NCBI GenBank assembly: GCA_965369865.1 | Contig: CBDURU010000001.1 | Location: 61,175 to 125,174 of the forward strand | DNA: 64,000 nt | Source: an uncultured bacterium | Lineage (GTDB): Bacteria; JAJVIF01; JAPKYR01 | Direction of reading: 5' to 3' | In this document: in pieces, positions 10,183 through 20,894 of the stretch | Numbering within the stretch: the stretch's first letter is position 1 | Layout of the letters: every line of letters starts with the position of its first letter | Position numbers and translations under genes: made by a program | The notes under the pieces: generated by a model | Database searches by the model: none | What the model was told of the DNA's origin: nothing | What the model saw: only the letters and a program-made list of their open reading frames with translations

Positions 10183-11559
10183 ATGAAACATCTACATCGA
10201 GTATTTAGTGGGACACTAATCATTGGTATCATGCTTACAGTTTTTTTTATGATTCAAGGTTGCGGTGGCGGAGAGACAACAACTCCAACTCCCGATCCAC
10301 CAACCGTGGCAAGCATCGCTGATTTAAAGGGAGCTTCCTGGCAGGATTATGTAGGCCTTGAGGTCGCAGTAACCGGGATTTTTGTGGTTGATCCTGTCCC
10401 GATGATCGTACAAAACATTGAAGACGTCATCATGAACACGGGTAAGCTTTACGAGGATTACTTATTATTGAGCGGTGACGAAATAGCCAAAATTGTCCCT
10501 GAGGACGTCGGCGGAGCAAAAATTAAGGTCACAGGTACTGTCATTGCTCGGGACCCCAAGGATGAAGATGATGACAAAGTGGAAGTACAGTTGAAAATAT
10601 ATGAAATTCAAGAAAGGCTCTATGTATTATACCCGTATCACTGGCATCCTGAACTCTTCGAATTTGCTATTGAGGACAGGTATGCGGTCCTCTTCAGCGG
10701 CGGTATCAACGCCAACAGCAACTATTCACGCTATTGGAACGACCTGAAGTTCATGTACAGCACGCTGATAAATAACTGTAGTTTTGCCGCCGCTAATATT
10801 ACGGTGCTCTACGCGAATGGTGTCGCTAAAGATACCGATATGCCGGTCGATGATTCGGCGACACAGGCCAATCTTGAGGCCGCGTTCGCTGACCTGGAAG
10901 AAATCTCAGGCTCGACTGACACTATTTTCTTCTTCGCTACCAACCACGGTGGTGGGTTCTATGAAGATGAAACCCATCCCCACTGGTACGGGGGGCGTAG
11001 AGACACCAACGGCGATGAAGGTGCCGAAAATATCTCCGAAGCCACGTGGGGGATTGATTTCGACAGCGACGGGTCCACGAACGATTTCGTGGCTTGGGAC
11101 GAGGAACTGTTCTCATGGGGCGGAGATATCTATGATGACTCGTTCACAGCGATGTTCAACGAAAACCTCAACTACGATACGTTGATAGTCGTGCTCGAAC
11201 AGTGCTTCAGTGGCGGCCTTATCCTCGATATGGCACAGGGCCAGGGAGACATCATTGTGATGGCTGCCTCGGGACAGTATGAACCATCATGGGCGATGGC
11301 TCCCACTTACAGTTTCGATGAATTCTCATACGATGTCACTTCCGCACTCAACGGTGCGAACCACCTCGGCACAATTGTCAATGCTGACACGAACGGCGAC
11401 AGTGAAGTCACGATGGATGAAGTGTTCAATTACGCCAGGTCTCACGACTCGGCTTCTGAAACACCTGAGTACGAAGACAGCGGCGATGGTGTAGCGACCT
11501 CGAACGCGCTGCCATCCGGAGCAGATGGTGCGCTTGGCGCTACCGTATCGTTTGATTAG
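10183..11559 (+). CDS. Lipoprotein with a C13/legumain-like (clan CD) cysteine peptidase domain
   Basis: AGGAGG RBS, lipobox IQGC, RYAVLFSGG..NYSRYWND, catalytic-like TNHGG and EQCFSGG, EF-hand-like DTNGDSEVTMDE. Confidence 0.82.
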   Translation: MKHLHRVFSGTLIIGIMLTVFFMIQGCGGGETTTPTPDPPTVASIADLKGASWQDYVGLEVAVTGIFVVDPVPMIVQNIEDVIMNTGKLYEDYLLLSGDEIAKIVPEDVGGAKIKVTGTVIARDPKDEDDDKVEVQLKIYEIQERLYVLYPYHWHPELFEFAIEDRYAVLFSGGINANSNYSRYWNDLKFMYSTLINNCSFAAANITVLYANGVAKDTDMPVDDSATQANLEAAFADLEEISGSTDTIFFFATNHGGGFYEDETHPHWYGGRRDTNGDEGAENISEATWGIDFDSDGSTNDFVAWDEELFSWGGDIYDDSFTAMFNENLNYDTLIVVLEQCFSGGLILDMAQGQGDIIVMAASGQYEPSWAMAPTYSFDEFSYDVTSALNGANHLGTIVNADTNGDSEVTMDEVFNYARSHDSASETPEYEDSGDGVATSNALPSGADGALGATVSFD

Positions 11560-11592
11560 TATTGAGTCAGACTTAAATTTCTGAAACAACCG

Positions 11593-11619
11593 ACCCGGCA
11601 TGCATGTGCCGGGTTTTTT
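11593..11619 (+). terminator. Rho-independent terminator between convergent genes
   Basis: ACCCGGCA-TGCATG-TGCCGGGT followed by a T-run. Confidence 0.8.
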
Positions 11620-11642
11620 CATGTAAAAAAGCTTTGGTAAGG

Positions 11643-12113
11643 TTAAATTACCGATACGGTTATCAGGATCGTGCAATCAGGATTAGAAACACTTTCCTCT
11701 CCCGGAATTGATAGAAGGACCTTCCAGAAATTATCATCCCGGATTACATCGGGCCCAAAACTATCAACTGTCGTACCGGATGACTCGTTGATTGCCACAT
11801 CGTTGACTGATAACAACCAGGGTGCCATGCCCCAGTCATCGGCGGTTTGACCATCCTGAGGTCCATCCAGTATTAAAGCGTCAAACTGCAGTACCCGATT
11901 GCTGTTAAGATCGTAGTTAACGTCCCCAATATCCTGGACAATATCGAAATCATCAAATTCATTCCACATTAAGTTTATGGCTGCACCGTTATTAACCTCA
12001 GACCTGATTATGGTTTCGATGGTAATTTTAACATCGACACCCTGAGTCGCATCCGCTACTGCAGGTGCGGCATGAAGAAGGAAAAGGGCGATAAAAATGA
12101 GCAATTTCCGCAT
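11643..12113 (-). CDS. Secreted hypothetical protein
   Basis: Start refined to MRKLLIFIALFLLHAAPAVA (signal peptide, GAGGT RBS); beta-rich acidic mature part. Confidence 0.75.
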   Translation of the reverse strand: MRKLLIFIALFLLHAAPAVADATQGVDVKITIETIIRSEVNNGAAINLMWNEFDDFDIVQDIGDVNYDLNSNRVLQFDALILDGPQDGQTADDWGMAPWLLSVNDVAINESSGTTVDSFGPDVIRDDNFWKVLLSIPGEESVSNPDCTILITVSVI

Positions 12114-12179
12114 GTTTACCTCTGTCTGTTGAGATGCAGCTTCATACCGGTTTCGTAGCTTCAAACCACAACCTTCCAA

Positions 12180-12950
12180 CTACGCATGACCCATTATTTC
12201 CCTGGCCATTGTTAAATCTTCCGGTTTGTCCACATCGAACCCGACCTCCGGGTACGGTGTGATTATGCTCCTCATCGTGGCGCCGAGAATCTGGGTTGCT
12301 TTATCCTCCAGACCTTTAATGTTTAACTGCCTCAGTGCGAATTTGACTATGAACGGCAGCCCGAACAGCCGCACAAGCTTCGCCGGCGACTTGCGATCCC
12401 GTATAACAGCCTCGATTTTATCACGGTTCCTGAGGACCTGCTCCGGTTCAAATACAAAAACATTTCCACCCGTATATGTGCCCTCTTTCAATTTTTGTGT
12501 CGTACGTTTTCCGCCGGGAAATTTCCTGTCGAATTCCTTAACATCAATTATCGGGTAATAAACCTGGGCATCGATTTTGTCAACTTCACCCGCAATAAAC
12601 CTGAATGCCTCCGGGGTTATAAACGGGATATCGCACGTGGTTGTCAGCACCCGCGGATGGCTTCTGAAGTGCTCGAGACCGGCCATGAAATTTTCGAGCA
12701 TACTGTTTTTGTCCTGGAGGACCTCGTGTTCGCCCAGCCCGAACGTGGAACGCATGCGGTCTACATTTCCAATGCAGTAGATTTCATCAAAAACATCGCA
12801 TTTACGGATCGCGTCGAGTACCCATGAAAGCATCGGACGTCCGCCTATATCGATAAACGCGCGTTCCTTTTCCGGTTCCCCCGCATCCAGAATTTTATCG
12901 GGTGTGGAACCTCCCGCCAGAATCACTACCGGATATTTTTTACCAGTCAT
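12180..12950 (-). CDS. MobA-like NTP transferase (nucleotidyltransferase family)
   Basis: VVILAGG..K..IDIGGRPML, TCDIPF, DVDKPEDL. Confidence 0.88.
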   Translation of the reverse strand: MTGKKYPVVILAGGSTPDKILDAGEPEKERAFIDIGGRPMLSWVLDAIRKCDVFDEIYCIGNVDRMRSTFGLGEHEVLQDKNSMLENFMAGLEHFRSHPRVLTTTCDIPFITPEAFRFIAGEVDKIDAQVYYPIIDVKEFDRKFPGGKRTTQKLKEGTYTGGNVFVFEPEQVLRNRDKIEAVIRDRKSPAKLVRLFGLPFIVKFALRQLNIKGLEDKATQILGATMRSIITPYPEVGFDVDKPEDLTMAREIMGHA

Positions 12951-13059
12951 TGTGCGCCCTCATCTCCAGGATTTTCATCAATTTTGATTCTACCGCTATT
13001 TAGGAAAAATTGGAATATAAATATTCAATGGATGTGTTTGGTACCAGCTAAATTTCCCC

Positions 13060-15633
13060 CTACGGCGCATATCGCGCGATGAAGATATCTCTACTTCCGT
13101 TCGAATTCATGTTGGTCTCGTATGGTTCACCCTGACCAAATGTAGCTGACTCTTGAAATTCCCCAGTCAGAACTGTTGAATCATCTGTTAGCACGGTGAT
13201 GCCATTTGGCTTATCATAATCAGGTCCTCCAGCTTGCTTCACCCATGCCAGACTGCCGTCAGGATCAAACCTTGCGATAAAAATTTCAGTTATCCCTGTA
13301 AAATTCAGTATAGTCTCATTCAACTCACCAATACCAAATGTGGCATTTTTGGAAATAACTCCTGTAACAACGGTAGAATTATCAGAAAGCGTTATGATGC
13401 TGCGACCCTCGTCCATTGAAGAACCACCGGCTTGCTTGACCCATACCAGGCTACCGTCAGGATTGTATCGCGCGATGAAGATATCAGGAAAACCTCCTGA
13501 ATCCAGAACGGTCTCATTTGGTTCACCAAGACCAAATGTCGCTGATTGACTGAACTCTCCAGTAACAACGATTGAATCATCAGAATATGTAGCGATGCCG
13601 TAACCGCCATCAAAATGAGCTGCTCCACCGGCCTGCTTTACCCATACCAGGCTACCGTCAGGACTATATCGTGAGATGAAAATATCATTCCCTCCTGCCG
13701 ATTCAAGTACAATCTCGTTTGGCTCACCCTGACCAAATGTGGCTGAAGCCTCGAAGTATCCGGTGATGACTGTTGAATCGTCAGAAAGGGTAGTAATTGC
13801 TTTGCAAACATCCCAATCAGTACCACCGACTTGCTTCGCCCATGCCAGGGTGCCATCGGCATTGTACTTTGCAATGAACATATCGACTCCTCCTGCTGAA
13901 TTCAGTGTGGTTTCGTTAGGTTCACCCTGGCCAAATGTGGCTGAAACACCAAGAGGATAGCCGAAGTATCCACTCACAACAGCTGAACTATCTGACTGCG
14001 TTGATATACAATAACCAATGTCCCCATTCGAACCGCCAGCTTGTTTCGCCCATGCCAGACTCCCGTCAGGATCGTACCGCGCGATGAAGATATCATTACC
14101 TCCTGCCGAATTTAGAACGATCTCGTTTGGTTCACCCTGACCAAAAGTGGCTGAATCACTGAATCTACCACACACTACGGATGTATCATCAGAAAAAGAA
14201 TCGATGCCATTGCCTCTATCCCAATCAATGCCACCGATTTGTTTCACCCATACTAGATTTCCGTCAGGATTATACCGTGCAATGAAAACATCAGAGTCTC
14301 CAGCCGAAATCAGAACGGTCTCGTTTGGTTCACCCTGACCGAATGTGGCTGAATCAAGGAACCGTCCGGTCACGATAATTGAATTATCAGCAAGCGTAGT
14401 GATACTGTTGCCGTAATCCGATGAAGAGCCTCCGGCATGTTTTGCCCAGATAATATCCCCGTCAGTGTTATCAACAACCTCCAGATTGTAAGTCTGGTAT
14501 GCCCTCAGATCGAGCCACGGGGCTTCATATGGATTATTTTCTATCGCTTCGACTCCAATCAGGCAAATGTAATTCCCAACCGACGTATGGTTATAGTTCG
14601 ATACAGTTTTCTCAAAACGAGTGTAATCAGCTTCATTGCTGACCCAGGTTCCTGTGAGTACACCATCAAATAGCTCAGGGCACTCAATCAACGGAGCGTG
14701 ATGTGTCAATTTCCCCTGCCAGTCATAGACGTCAATTAGGAGCCTGGTTAATCCTCCGGTAGTTCTAAGACCATAACCAATCTTCTGTTCAGTCACAACG
14801 ACTTTCCATGGTTCAGGACAATTCGCATCGATATCAAAATCAGTCAGCGGATCATCAACCGGCGTTTCTATCGGCGGCCACCAGTTCGCGTCGACCGCGT
14901 AGCCGATCACAAAAGACCCGGCTGGAAGTTGCAGCGAAAATGTCTGCACATCCCATGATCCGGCGTAAAACGCGTTACGATTATTCAGTGGATCGTCGGT
15001 TATGAAATATTTGTATCCATTGATGTCAGAATCCGGGACCATCCACGTTGCCAGTTTTCCCTGGAAATATTTTTGTAAATCTCCAACAGGTGCCGTTATG
15101 GTTGATCCGTTATATAAGGCAGTGTAACCGTCAGGATTGAGAACCGCGCCATCGCCGAGAGCCGGATCGGATATCGACTTCCCCGCGACTGGAAATTCAT
15201 GGCTTCCATTAAACATCATTATGCCGCGAACATCGAAGACCGAGTATAACAGGTCATCGAGCGGATGATCGATCTGAATATCGATATTCAGCTTGTCAGG
15301 TTCGGGGAAATCGAAACCTACAACTCTGAAGCAATCATCACAAGGGGCAATTTCAAGTAACTTCAGAATATTGAGGTGAATTTCTCCCTGACGTACCGGG
15401 ACTACCTCAAACTGTGGACCGTCCGGATGGTTCGGGTCGACGAAAATGTAACCGTAATTCATGAGGTAATGACCGGTGCCATCAGAATTTGCGTCCAATT
15501 CTTCTCTGACTGTCAATTCTGGAGAGGGGACAGAATCATCCGGAGAAACTGGTTGAGTCGAATTCCCGGAGCAGCCGCATAAAATCATCCCTGCGACCGC
15601 TATTAAAAATAAGCTGCGGATTGAAGGAATCAT
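13060..15633 (-). CDS. Lipoprotein, paralog 1: conserved N-terminal domain + 7 beta-propeller repeats
   Basis: Lipobox LCGC; HLNI/CDDC/HP/FDVRG/DGYT/GYAVDANW motifs; ~65-aa repeats WxKQAGG..TFGQGEPNE..DIFIARYxPDG. Confidence 0.88.
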   Translation of the reverse strand: MIPSIRSLFLIAVAGMILCGCSGNSTQPVSPDDSVPSPELTVREELDANSDGTGHYLMNYGYIFVDPNHPDGPQFEVVPVRQGEIHLNILKLLEIAPCDDCFRVVGFDFPEPDKLNIDIQIDHPLDDLLYSVFDVRGIMMFNGSHEFPVAGKSISDPALGDGAVLNPDGYTALYNGSTITAPVGDLQKYFQGKLATWMVPDSDINGYKYFITDDPLNNRNAFYAGSWDVQTFSLQLPAGSFVIGYAVDANWWPPIETPVDDPLTDFDIDANCPEPWKVVVTEQKIGYGLRTTGGLTRLLIDVYDWQGKLTHHAPLIECPELFDGVLTGTWVSNEADYTRFEKTVSNYNHTSVGNYICLIGVEAIENNPYEAPWLDLRAYQTYNLEVVDNTDGDIIWAKHAGGSSSDYGNSITTLADNSIIVTGRFLDSATFGQGEPNETVLISAGDSDVFIARYNPDGNLVWVKQIGGIDWDRGNGIDSFSDDTSVVCGRFSDSATFGQGEPNEIVLNSAGGNDIFIARYDPDGSLAWAKQAGGSNGDIGYCISTQSDSSAVVSGYFGYPLGVSATFGQGEPNETTLNSAGGVDMFIAKYNADGTLAWAKQVGGTDWDVCKAITTLSDDSTVITGYFEASATFGQGEPNEIVLESAGGNDIFISRYSPDGSLVWVKQAGGAAHFDGGYGIATYSDDSIVVTGEFSQSATFGLGEPNETVLDSGGFPDIFIARYNPDGSLVWVKQAGGSSMDEGRSIITLSDNSTVVTGVISKNATFGIGELNETILNFTGITEIFIARFDPDGSLAWVKQAGGPDYDKPNGITVLTDDSTVLTGEFQESATFGQGEPYETNMNSNGSRDIFIARYAP

Positions 15634-15756
15634 TTGTAAAACCTCCTATGCTATCCACGTTAATATAAGAGTATTATACCATTAACGAACTTATTTTCCT
15701 TAAATATTATATCTGTTAGACCTGTTCGGGATTGCCAATCAAGGACTGGATTAACC

Positions 15757-16677
15757 CTACCCTATCCTCATTCCCTGCCCGACGGGCCTTGCCAGAACCA
15801 CACTTTCACCGGCTATGGGACTATAGCTGTCGCGTGCTTTAAACGCATCCGTCATGGATGGGTACCATGCAAAAAAAGTGGAACCGGAACCCGACATCAG
15901 TGCATGCCCCGCGTGATTTCTCAGGTTTTCATGTATAGCCTTAAGTTCGGGATGGTAATTGATAACAGGATTTTCAAAATCATTATGAAACAGGTAAGAG
16001 AAATCGCCATATCCTATTCCTGTCAGCCAGCTTTCAAGAACTGAAAGATGCTCAATCCAAAGGCTGTCCCACTTTCGAACTTCCGTTTCACGCGCTGAGT
16101 CGATAGCGTCATAGGCCGGTCCGGTTTCAACCTTTACCGGCGGCAATACAAGCAGAAACGCACCCTCAGGGAATTTCCGATCCAGGCCTTCAGGCAATGG
16201 CTCCAGGATCTCACCCTTTCCACGGACCAGGACAGTCCCACCCTGCAGGCAAAATGGTATGTCGCTCCCGATTTCCGCAGCTAATTTGAATAATAATTCG
16301 GATGGTTTTTCCGGACACCAGAGCTTCCGAAGGGCAATCAATGTTGCCGCTGCATTTGAACTTCCACCTGCCAGACCACCCATCGGAGGTATATTCTTAA
16401 CAATATGGATTTTCAGCCCGTAATCTGTCAGGTTAATTGATTTCGCGAGTATTTCCGCCGCTTTCCAGACAAGGTTCCTGTCATCGGTCGGGATTTCAGG
16501 ATCGTTACAGGTTATCCGGATACCGCAATTGCCGTTACGCGTTTCATCAAAAGTAAGCGTGTCAGCGAGGTCTATGGACTGCATAATACTGATGATGTCG
16601 TGGAATCCATCGGGACGTTTACCGTAGACCTTGAGAAAAAGGTTCAGTTTCGCGTAGGATTTAACGGATAGAATCAT
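15757..16677 (-). CDS. ispE: 4-diphosphocytidyl-2-C-methyl-D-erythritol kinase
   Basis: AKLNLFL..RPDGFHDI, KNIPPMGGLAGGSSNAAA, GSDIPF, NDFE, MSGSGST. Confidence 0.96.
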   Translation of the reverse strand: MILSVKSYAKLNLFLKVYGKRPDGFHDIISIMQSIDLADTLTFDETRNGNCGIRITCNDPEIPTDDRNLVWKAAEILAKSINLTDYGLKIHIVKNIPPMGGLAGGSSNAAATLIALRKLWCPEKPSELLFKLAAEIGSDIPFCLQGGTVLVRGKGEILEPLPEGLDRKFPEGAFLLVLPPVKVETGPAYDAIDSARETEVRKWDSLWIEHLSVLESWLTGIGYGDFSYLFHNDFENPVINYHPELKAIHENLRNHAGHALMSGSGSTFFAWYPSMTDAFKARDSYSPIAGESVVLARPVGQGMRIG

Positions 16678-16867
16678 TGATCTACGGCCTCACTCAATGG
16701 ATTCGATTCAAAAAACTCCTGTTCAGGATTGGCACTGAAGCTCTGTCATGGATATACTTACAGGAAAATTAATCGGGAACACCCGGGCATTATTTTAACA
16801 TTATATGTTTTGGATTCAATTCATGCAATTAAACCAGTACAGGCCAAACGGATAATTAAACTCAATC

Positions 16868-19800
16868 GTGGATGAATTTCTGATTGAAAAATTTAAATTC
16901 GACCCACTTGTCGCGGATTTTATCGCCAATCCTGAAACGCTGCATCTCTGGACATCCGTCGGCCTTATCGCGCTCATTCTCGGGGTCGCATACCTCATAA
17001 GGATCGATCTGGATCCGCTGATTTTTGGACGCCGCCAGAGCTTCAGTTCCCTGATAGAACGACTCGCATTTTACCCGATTATTATCGGTCTGCTGATTTG
17101 GGTCTACTCTGGATCCTGGAATTGGCCCAGCCCGGTTCCCGACGGGTTGTTCCTTAACAAGTTCACGCTTGGAATTGGCGCCATTCTGGTCCTTATCCTT
17201 GGACGCGCGATAGTCCACTTCATATTGACCGAGAAAAATCGCTGGGATTTCTTCGACCAGCTACCCTTCTACCTGATGGTCGAATTTCAGTTTGCCGTTC
17301 CACTTGTCTATTATTACATGCTGGAACGCAACGGCCTGATGCCCAAGGAGCAGCTCGGGTTTGCCTTCGCGTGTGTTTTTATCGCCTGCTTGATTATCAG
17401 CTGGCTCCTCGGTAGAAAAGTACATTTTCCAAGAAGCCCTGTCTCGAAATGGCTTTTGTTATTTATCGCTTACATGCTGTTGACGGTAATTTTTATGCCG
17501 TACCGTCTCGGGGCCGTGAAAAATATCATTCAATGGGTCGCGTTCGCATCCTGTTTCCTTGTGGGATTTGCCTACATCCCCGACAAACGCAGGCGGGATG
17601 TTATCCTTCTCACCGCGGTAATCGCGGCCCTTGTGTCGACACTATGGGGATTCTGGAAATACTTCGATGTTCCACTGAACATATTCGGTATGATCAACGA
17701 TTACTACCCGGATGGCCATGACCTCGCCGGGCTGCCTTTTTACTTCAAAACCCCCAGCGCAGGACGGTATTTTCTTCTGGCAGGATTTTTCGCGAACCCG
17801 AACTACTATGGCGAATACGTTGCCCTGACCCTTTTCATCGGACTTGGACTCCTCCTTAAAACCGATTCTCCTAAATTACGGACATTTTTATCCATCGTTC
17901 TGGCGATCAACGCTTTCGAGTTGGTCGCGCTGTACAACCGTGCCGGCTGGTTCGGGGTTTTCGTCGGCGCCGGTTTTGTCCTGATCTTGCTACTCTGGAC
18001 CAGGATTCCAATATTCAAACGGGTTTCAAAAATCGGTTTGATAGCCGGGCTGATCACACTGGTCGTTGTATTGCTGCTCACCAGTACAGTGTTTAATAAA
18101 AGAGAAGCCGACTCCGAAACGCCGCTCGCCGCCACGCCTCTGGAACGTCTTAAAAGCATGACGGATTTCGAGGGCGATGAAACGTTCCGCAACCGCCAGA
18201 CCATGTGGCGTGCGTCCATAATGATGGTGACGGATGAGGAGCATGTCCCGGAACGGCTAACTTTCGGAGGTGGGTTCGGATTCTTCGAGATCGAATACCT
18301 GATCTACCAGACAAAGGTCCTTGAGACATACAATTTCGAGGAATGGTTCCATAACGTTATACCTACCTTCCGTGCACATAACGACCACCTGCAGATGCTT
18401 GTCGAAGCCGGGATTATCGGGACGTTTTTCTATGCGATGTTTTTCATCTCATTTTTCGTAATGGGATTCAGATTTTTAAAGGAGGAGGAGGACCCGGCAA
18501 GGAAATTTTACGCGCTGGGAATAATGGGTGCGACGATGTGCCTCCTAGCGATAGCGTGTTTCTCATTCCCCCTTCATAAAATTCAGCACGGGGGGCTGAT
18601 TCTCACAGCTATGGGACTGCTAGTTGCCGAAATCGTCGAAAGGAATCAATTAAGGAAGCAGCGGTCAATAGACGAAGAAGCAAATGGCAACCAGAACAAG
18701 GAACAAGACACAGCGGCAAAACGAAAGAAGAAAAAGAAAAAGCAGAAGGAATCCACACCACTGAGAGCCGTCACGAGAGTGCCTGTTGAGAGCAAACAGA
18801 GATTTTCAGTTGAGTTTTATAATACAGTTCAAAAGAAAATTAAACCCGAACTCGCATTCCCGGTAATAATAATTGTCCTGCTTCTTTGTATCTGGGGTGT
18901 CTACACCCAGGTCATCAATTTCAAGAGCCATTACTTTGTAGTGAAGGGAATAGCGGAACTCAGGAAAGTAGAGTATGCACAAACCCCGGAACAGAAACAG
19001 ACCCAGGCACAGGTTGCGGCTAACTACTTCTGGCGGGCATATAAACTCGATCCCACCAACGGCAGGGCTGAATTTTTCCACGGTTTCTCTCTCATTAAGA
19101 AAAACCTCTACCAGGATGTTGTCGCCGGTACGGCACATATTGAGGAGGGGCAGGAGCTTTATCCCCAGTCGGATACATTCTACGCACTCGCCATGGGCTA
19201 CGAAGCCCGCTACAAACTTGCCAACGAACAAATTCAAATGAGGCTTGCACGGATTGAATCGTTAAATACGGATTTCGAAAACGAAACGGATACCCAGGCA
19301 CTCAGGAATATTCAGGCGAATATCGAAGAACTGAACGATGATATCCGGACACTTGAGGACGACGCCAGAATGAGCCATGGGATGGCGATTGACTCCTATA
19401 TGACCGCGGCACGCTATTACCCGGTCAAAATTGAATATTACAAGGAATTAATAAGGCTGCTTGAGGATGAGGGCCGTTGGGAGGAAATCGTTTTCTGGTC
19501 GGAGCGCGCGCTGATTGTGGATGAGTGGTTACTGAAAAAACCCCAAATCCGGTGGAGATTCTACCTCTGGCTGGGACGGGCTTTTAAAATCCTTGGGGCG
19601 GCCGAACTGCAACTTGGTAATATCGAAGAAGGTTTCAAGTACTGGCAGGATGCCGAAAAAATCCTGCTTGAGGGCCTGGAGATATCCAACGCGGTTTATT
19701 TCACCTACTATGAACTCGCCCAGGTTTACGAGGCCTTAGGTGATTATTTCGCCGATACCGGCAATTCTACAAGGGCTATGTCGTTCTACGAAAAAGCCCG

Positions 19801-20047
19801 CGATATGTACATCCAGACTTTTAATAAAAAAGACAATGTTCAGCAGGGTGATGCTCCGTTTAATTACTCCTACTTCCTGCTCGGCCGTATTTACGAGAAA
19901 CTTGGGAACATTGACAGGGCGGTTCACTACTACAATTTAGTGTTGACCGAGGCCCTTTATAGTTCGAGAACCGAAACGTATCAGAGAGCACGGGGTAAAA
20001 TTCAGGAACTTACCGGCGAGTGGGTGGGGGAACCACCACCAGGTTGA
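16868..20047 (+). CDS. Large O-antigen ligase/Wzy_C-like membrane protein with C-terminal TPR repeats
   Basis: Many TM helices, FANPNYYG, RAGW, AHNDHLQMLVEAGIIG, followed by TPR-like helices. Confidence 0.85.
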   Translation: MDEFLIEKFKFDPLVADFIANPETLHLWTSVGLIALILGVAYLIRIDLDPLIFGRRQSFSSLIERLAFYPIIIGLLIWVYSGSWNWPSPVPDGLFLNKFTLGIGAILVLILGRAIVHFILTEKNRWDFFDQLPFYLMVEFQFAVPLVYYYMLERNGLMPKEQLGFAFACVFIACLIISWLLGRKVHFPRSPVSKWLLLFIAYMLLTVIFMPYRLGAVKNIIQWVAFASCFLVGFAYIPDKRRRDVILLTAVIAALVSTLWGFWKYFDVPLNIFGMINDYYPDGHDLAGLPFYFKTPSAGRYFLLAGFFANPNYYGEYVALTLFIGLGLLLKTDSPKLRTFLSIVLAINAFELVALYNRAGWFGVFVGAGFVLILLLWTRIPIFKRVSKIGLIAGLITLVVVLLLTSTVFNKREADSETPLAATPLERLKSMTDFEGDETFRNRQTMWRASIMMVTDEEHVPERLTFGGGFGFFEIEYLIYQTKVLETYNFEEWFHNVIPTFRAHNDHLQMLVEAGIIGTFFYAMFFISFFVMGFRFLKEEEDPARKFYALGIMGATMCLLAIACFSFPLHKIQHGGLILTAMGLLVAEIVERNQLRKQRSIDEEANGNQNKEQDTAAKRKKKKKKQKESTPLRAVTRVPVESKQRFSVEFYNTVQKKIKPELAFPVIIIVLLLCIWGVYTQVINFKSHYFVVKGIAELRKVEYAQTPEQKQTQAQVAANYFWRAYKLDPTNGRAEFFHGFSLIKKNLYQDVVAGTAHIEEGQELYPQSDTFYALAMGYEARYKLANEQIQMRLARIESLNTDFENETDTQALRNIQANIEELNDDIRTLEDDARMSHGMAIDSYMTAARYYPVKIEYYKELIRLLEDEGRWEEIVFWSERALIVDEWLLKKPQIRWRFYLWLGRAFKILGAAELQLGNIEEGFKYWQDAEKILLEGLEISNAVYFTYYELAQVYEALGDYFADTGNSTRAMSFYEKARDMYIQTFNKKDNVQQGDAPFNYSYFLLGRIYEKLGNIDRAVHYYNLVLTEALYSSRTETYQRARGKIQELTGEWVGEPPPG

Positions 20048-20166
20048 TGAACTTCCTGGATTAAATCCGAATCGTATGTTTCGGGATATTTACCAATGGA
20101 GTTTCCTTTTTAGACCGTGGTGCTATGCTATACTATAATACAATTCTCAACGTGAGGTGATTACCA

Positions 20167-20862
20167 ATGACCCGTATTCCGGTGTTTCTAACAATAATTG
20201 TTGTAATCATGATGTTGAATGTCACGGCGAGCGCCGATGAGCTTACCGCTATCGATATATTCGATGGGATGATCTACTACGAAAGCGATCAGCTTACTAC
20301 AACCCCATCGATCAGGGATTATGAGTGCATGATTACCGCGACCTCTGTTCGCGCAGGTGGCAGGACACAGGAAATTGTTGAGAAGTCGCTTTATTTCATG
20401 GTGCCCGCTTTCCAGCTACAACTTTTTGAGGACAAACCGGTTTTTTATTTCGATCATAACCTTCTGATTGTCCTCCTCGAAAGCCATGAACTCACCAGGC
20501 AGCGAGACGAGATCATTGAAGATGTGCCTTGTTACTCGATACGTTTAACTCCGCTGGACCCTGCATTTGCACACTATTATAAAACTTATTATGTAGCCCA
20601 GGACGATTTCCGTCACATCAGGACAGTTGTTAAAGAATCAGATTACCGGTACGACAACCTCTCAACAGAGATCAATTACACGTATGAAACTGTCGGGATT
20701 TTTAACCTCCTGAGCCAGACAGTCGCTGAAATCAATGATGAAAACGACAACCTACTGGCTACCGTAACAACCGATTACACCGATTATGAATTTGGAATCG
20801 GGCTGGACATAGACTTTTTCACCAATTATCTCGAGGGTACCGATCCCACTATACCCCATTAA
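20167..20862 (+). CDS. Secreted protein, possibly LolA/LolB-like fold
   Basis: Signal peptide ending ASA; C-terminal CYSIRLTP..YVAQDDF..YTDYEFGIGLDIDFF pattern typical of LolA-like proteins. Confidence 0.6.
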   Translation: MTRIPVFLTIIVVIMMLNVTASADELTAIDIFDGMIYYESDQLTTTPSIRDYECMITATSVRAGGRTQEIVEKSLYFMVPAFQLQLFEDKPVFYFDHNLLIVLLESHELTRQRDEIIEDVPCYSIRLTPLDPAFAHYYKTYYVAQDDFRHIRTVVKESDYRYDNLSTEINYTYETVGIFNLLSQTVAEINDENDNLLATVTTDYTDYEFGIGLDIDFFTNYLEGTDPTIPH

Positions 20863-20894
20863 TTAACATCCGCCGGACCGTTTGCATTCAACTC

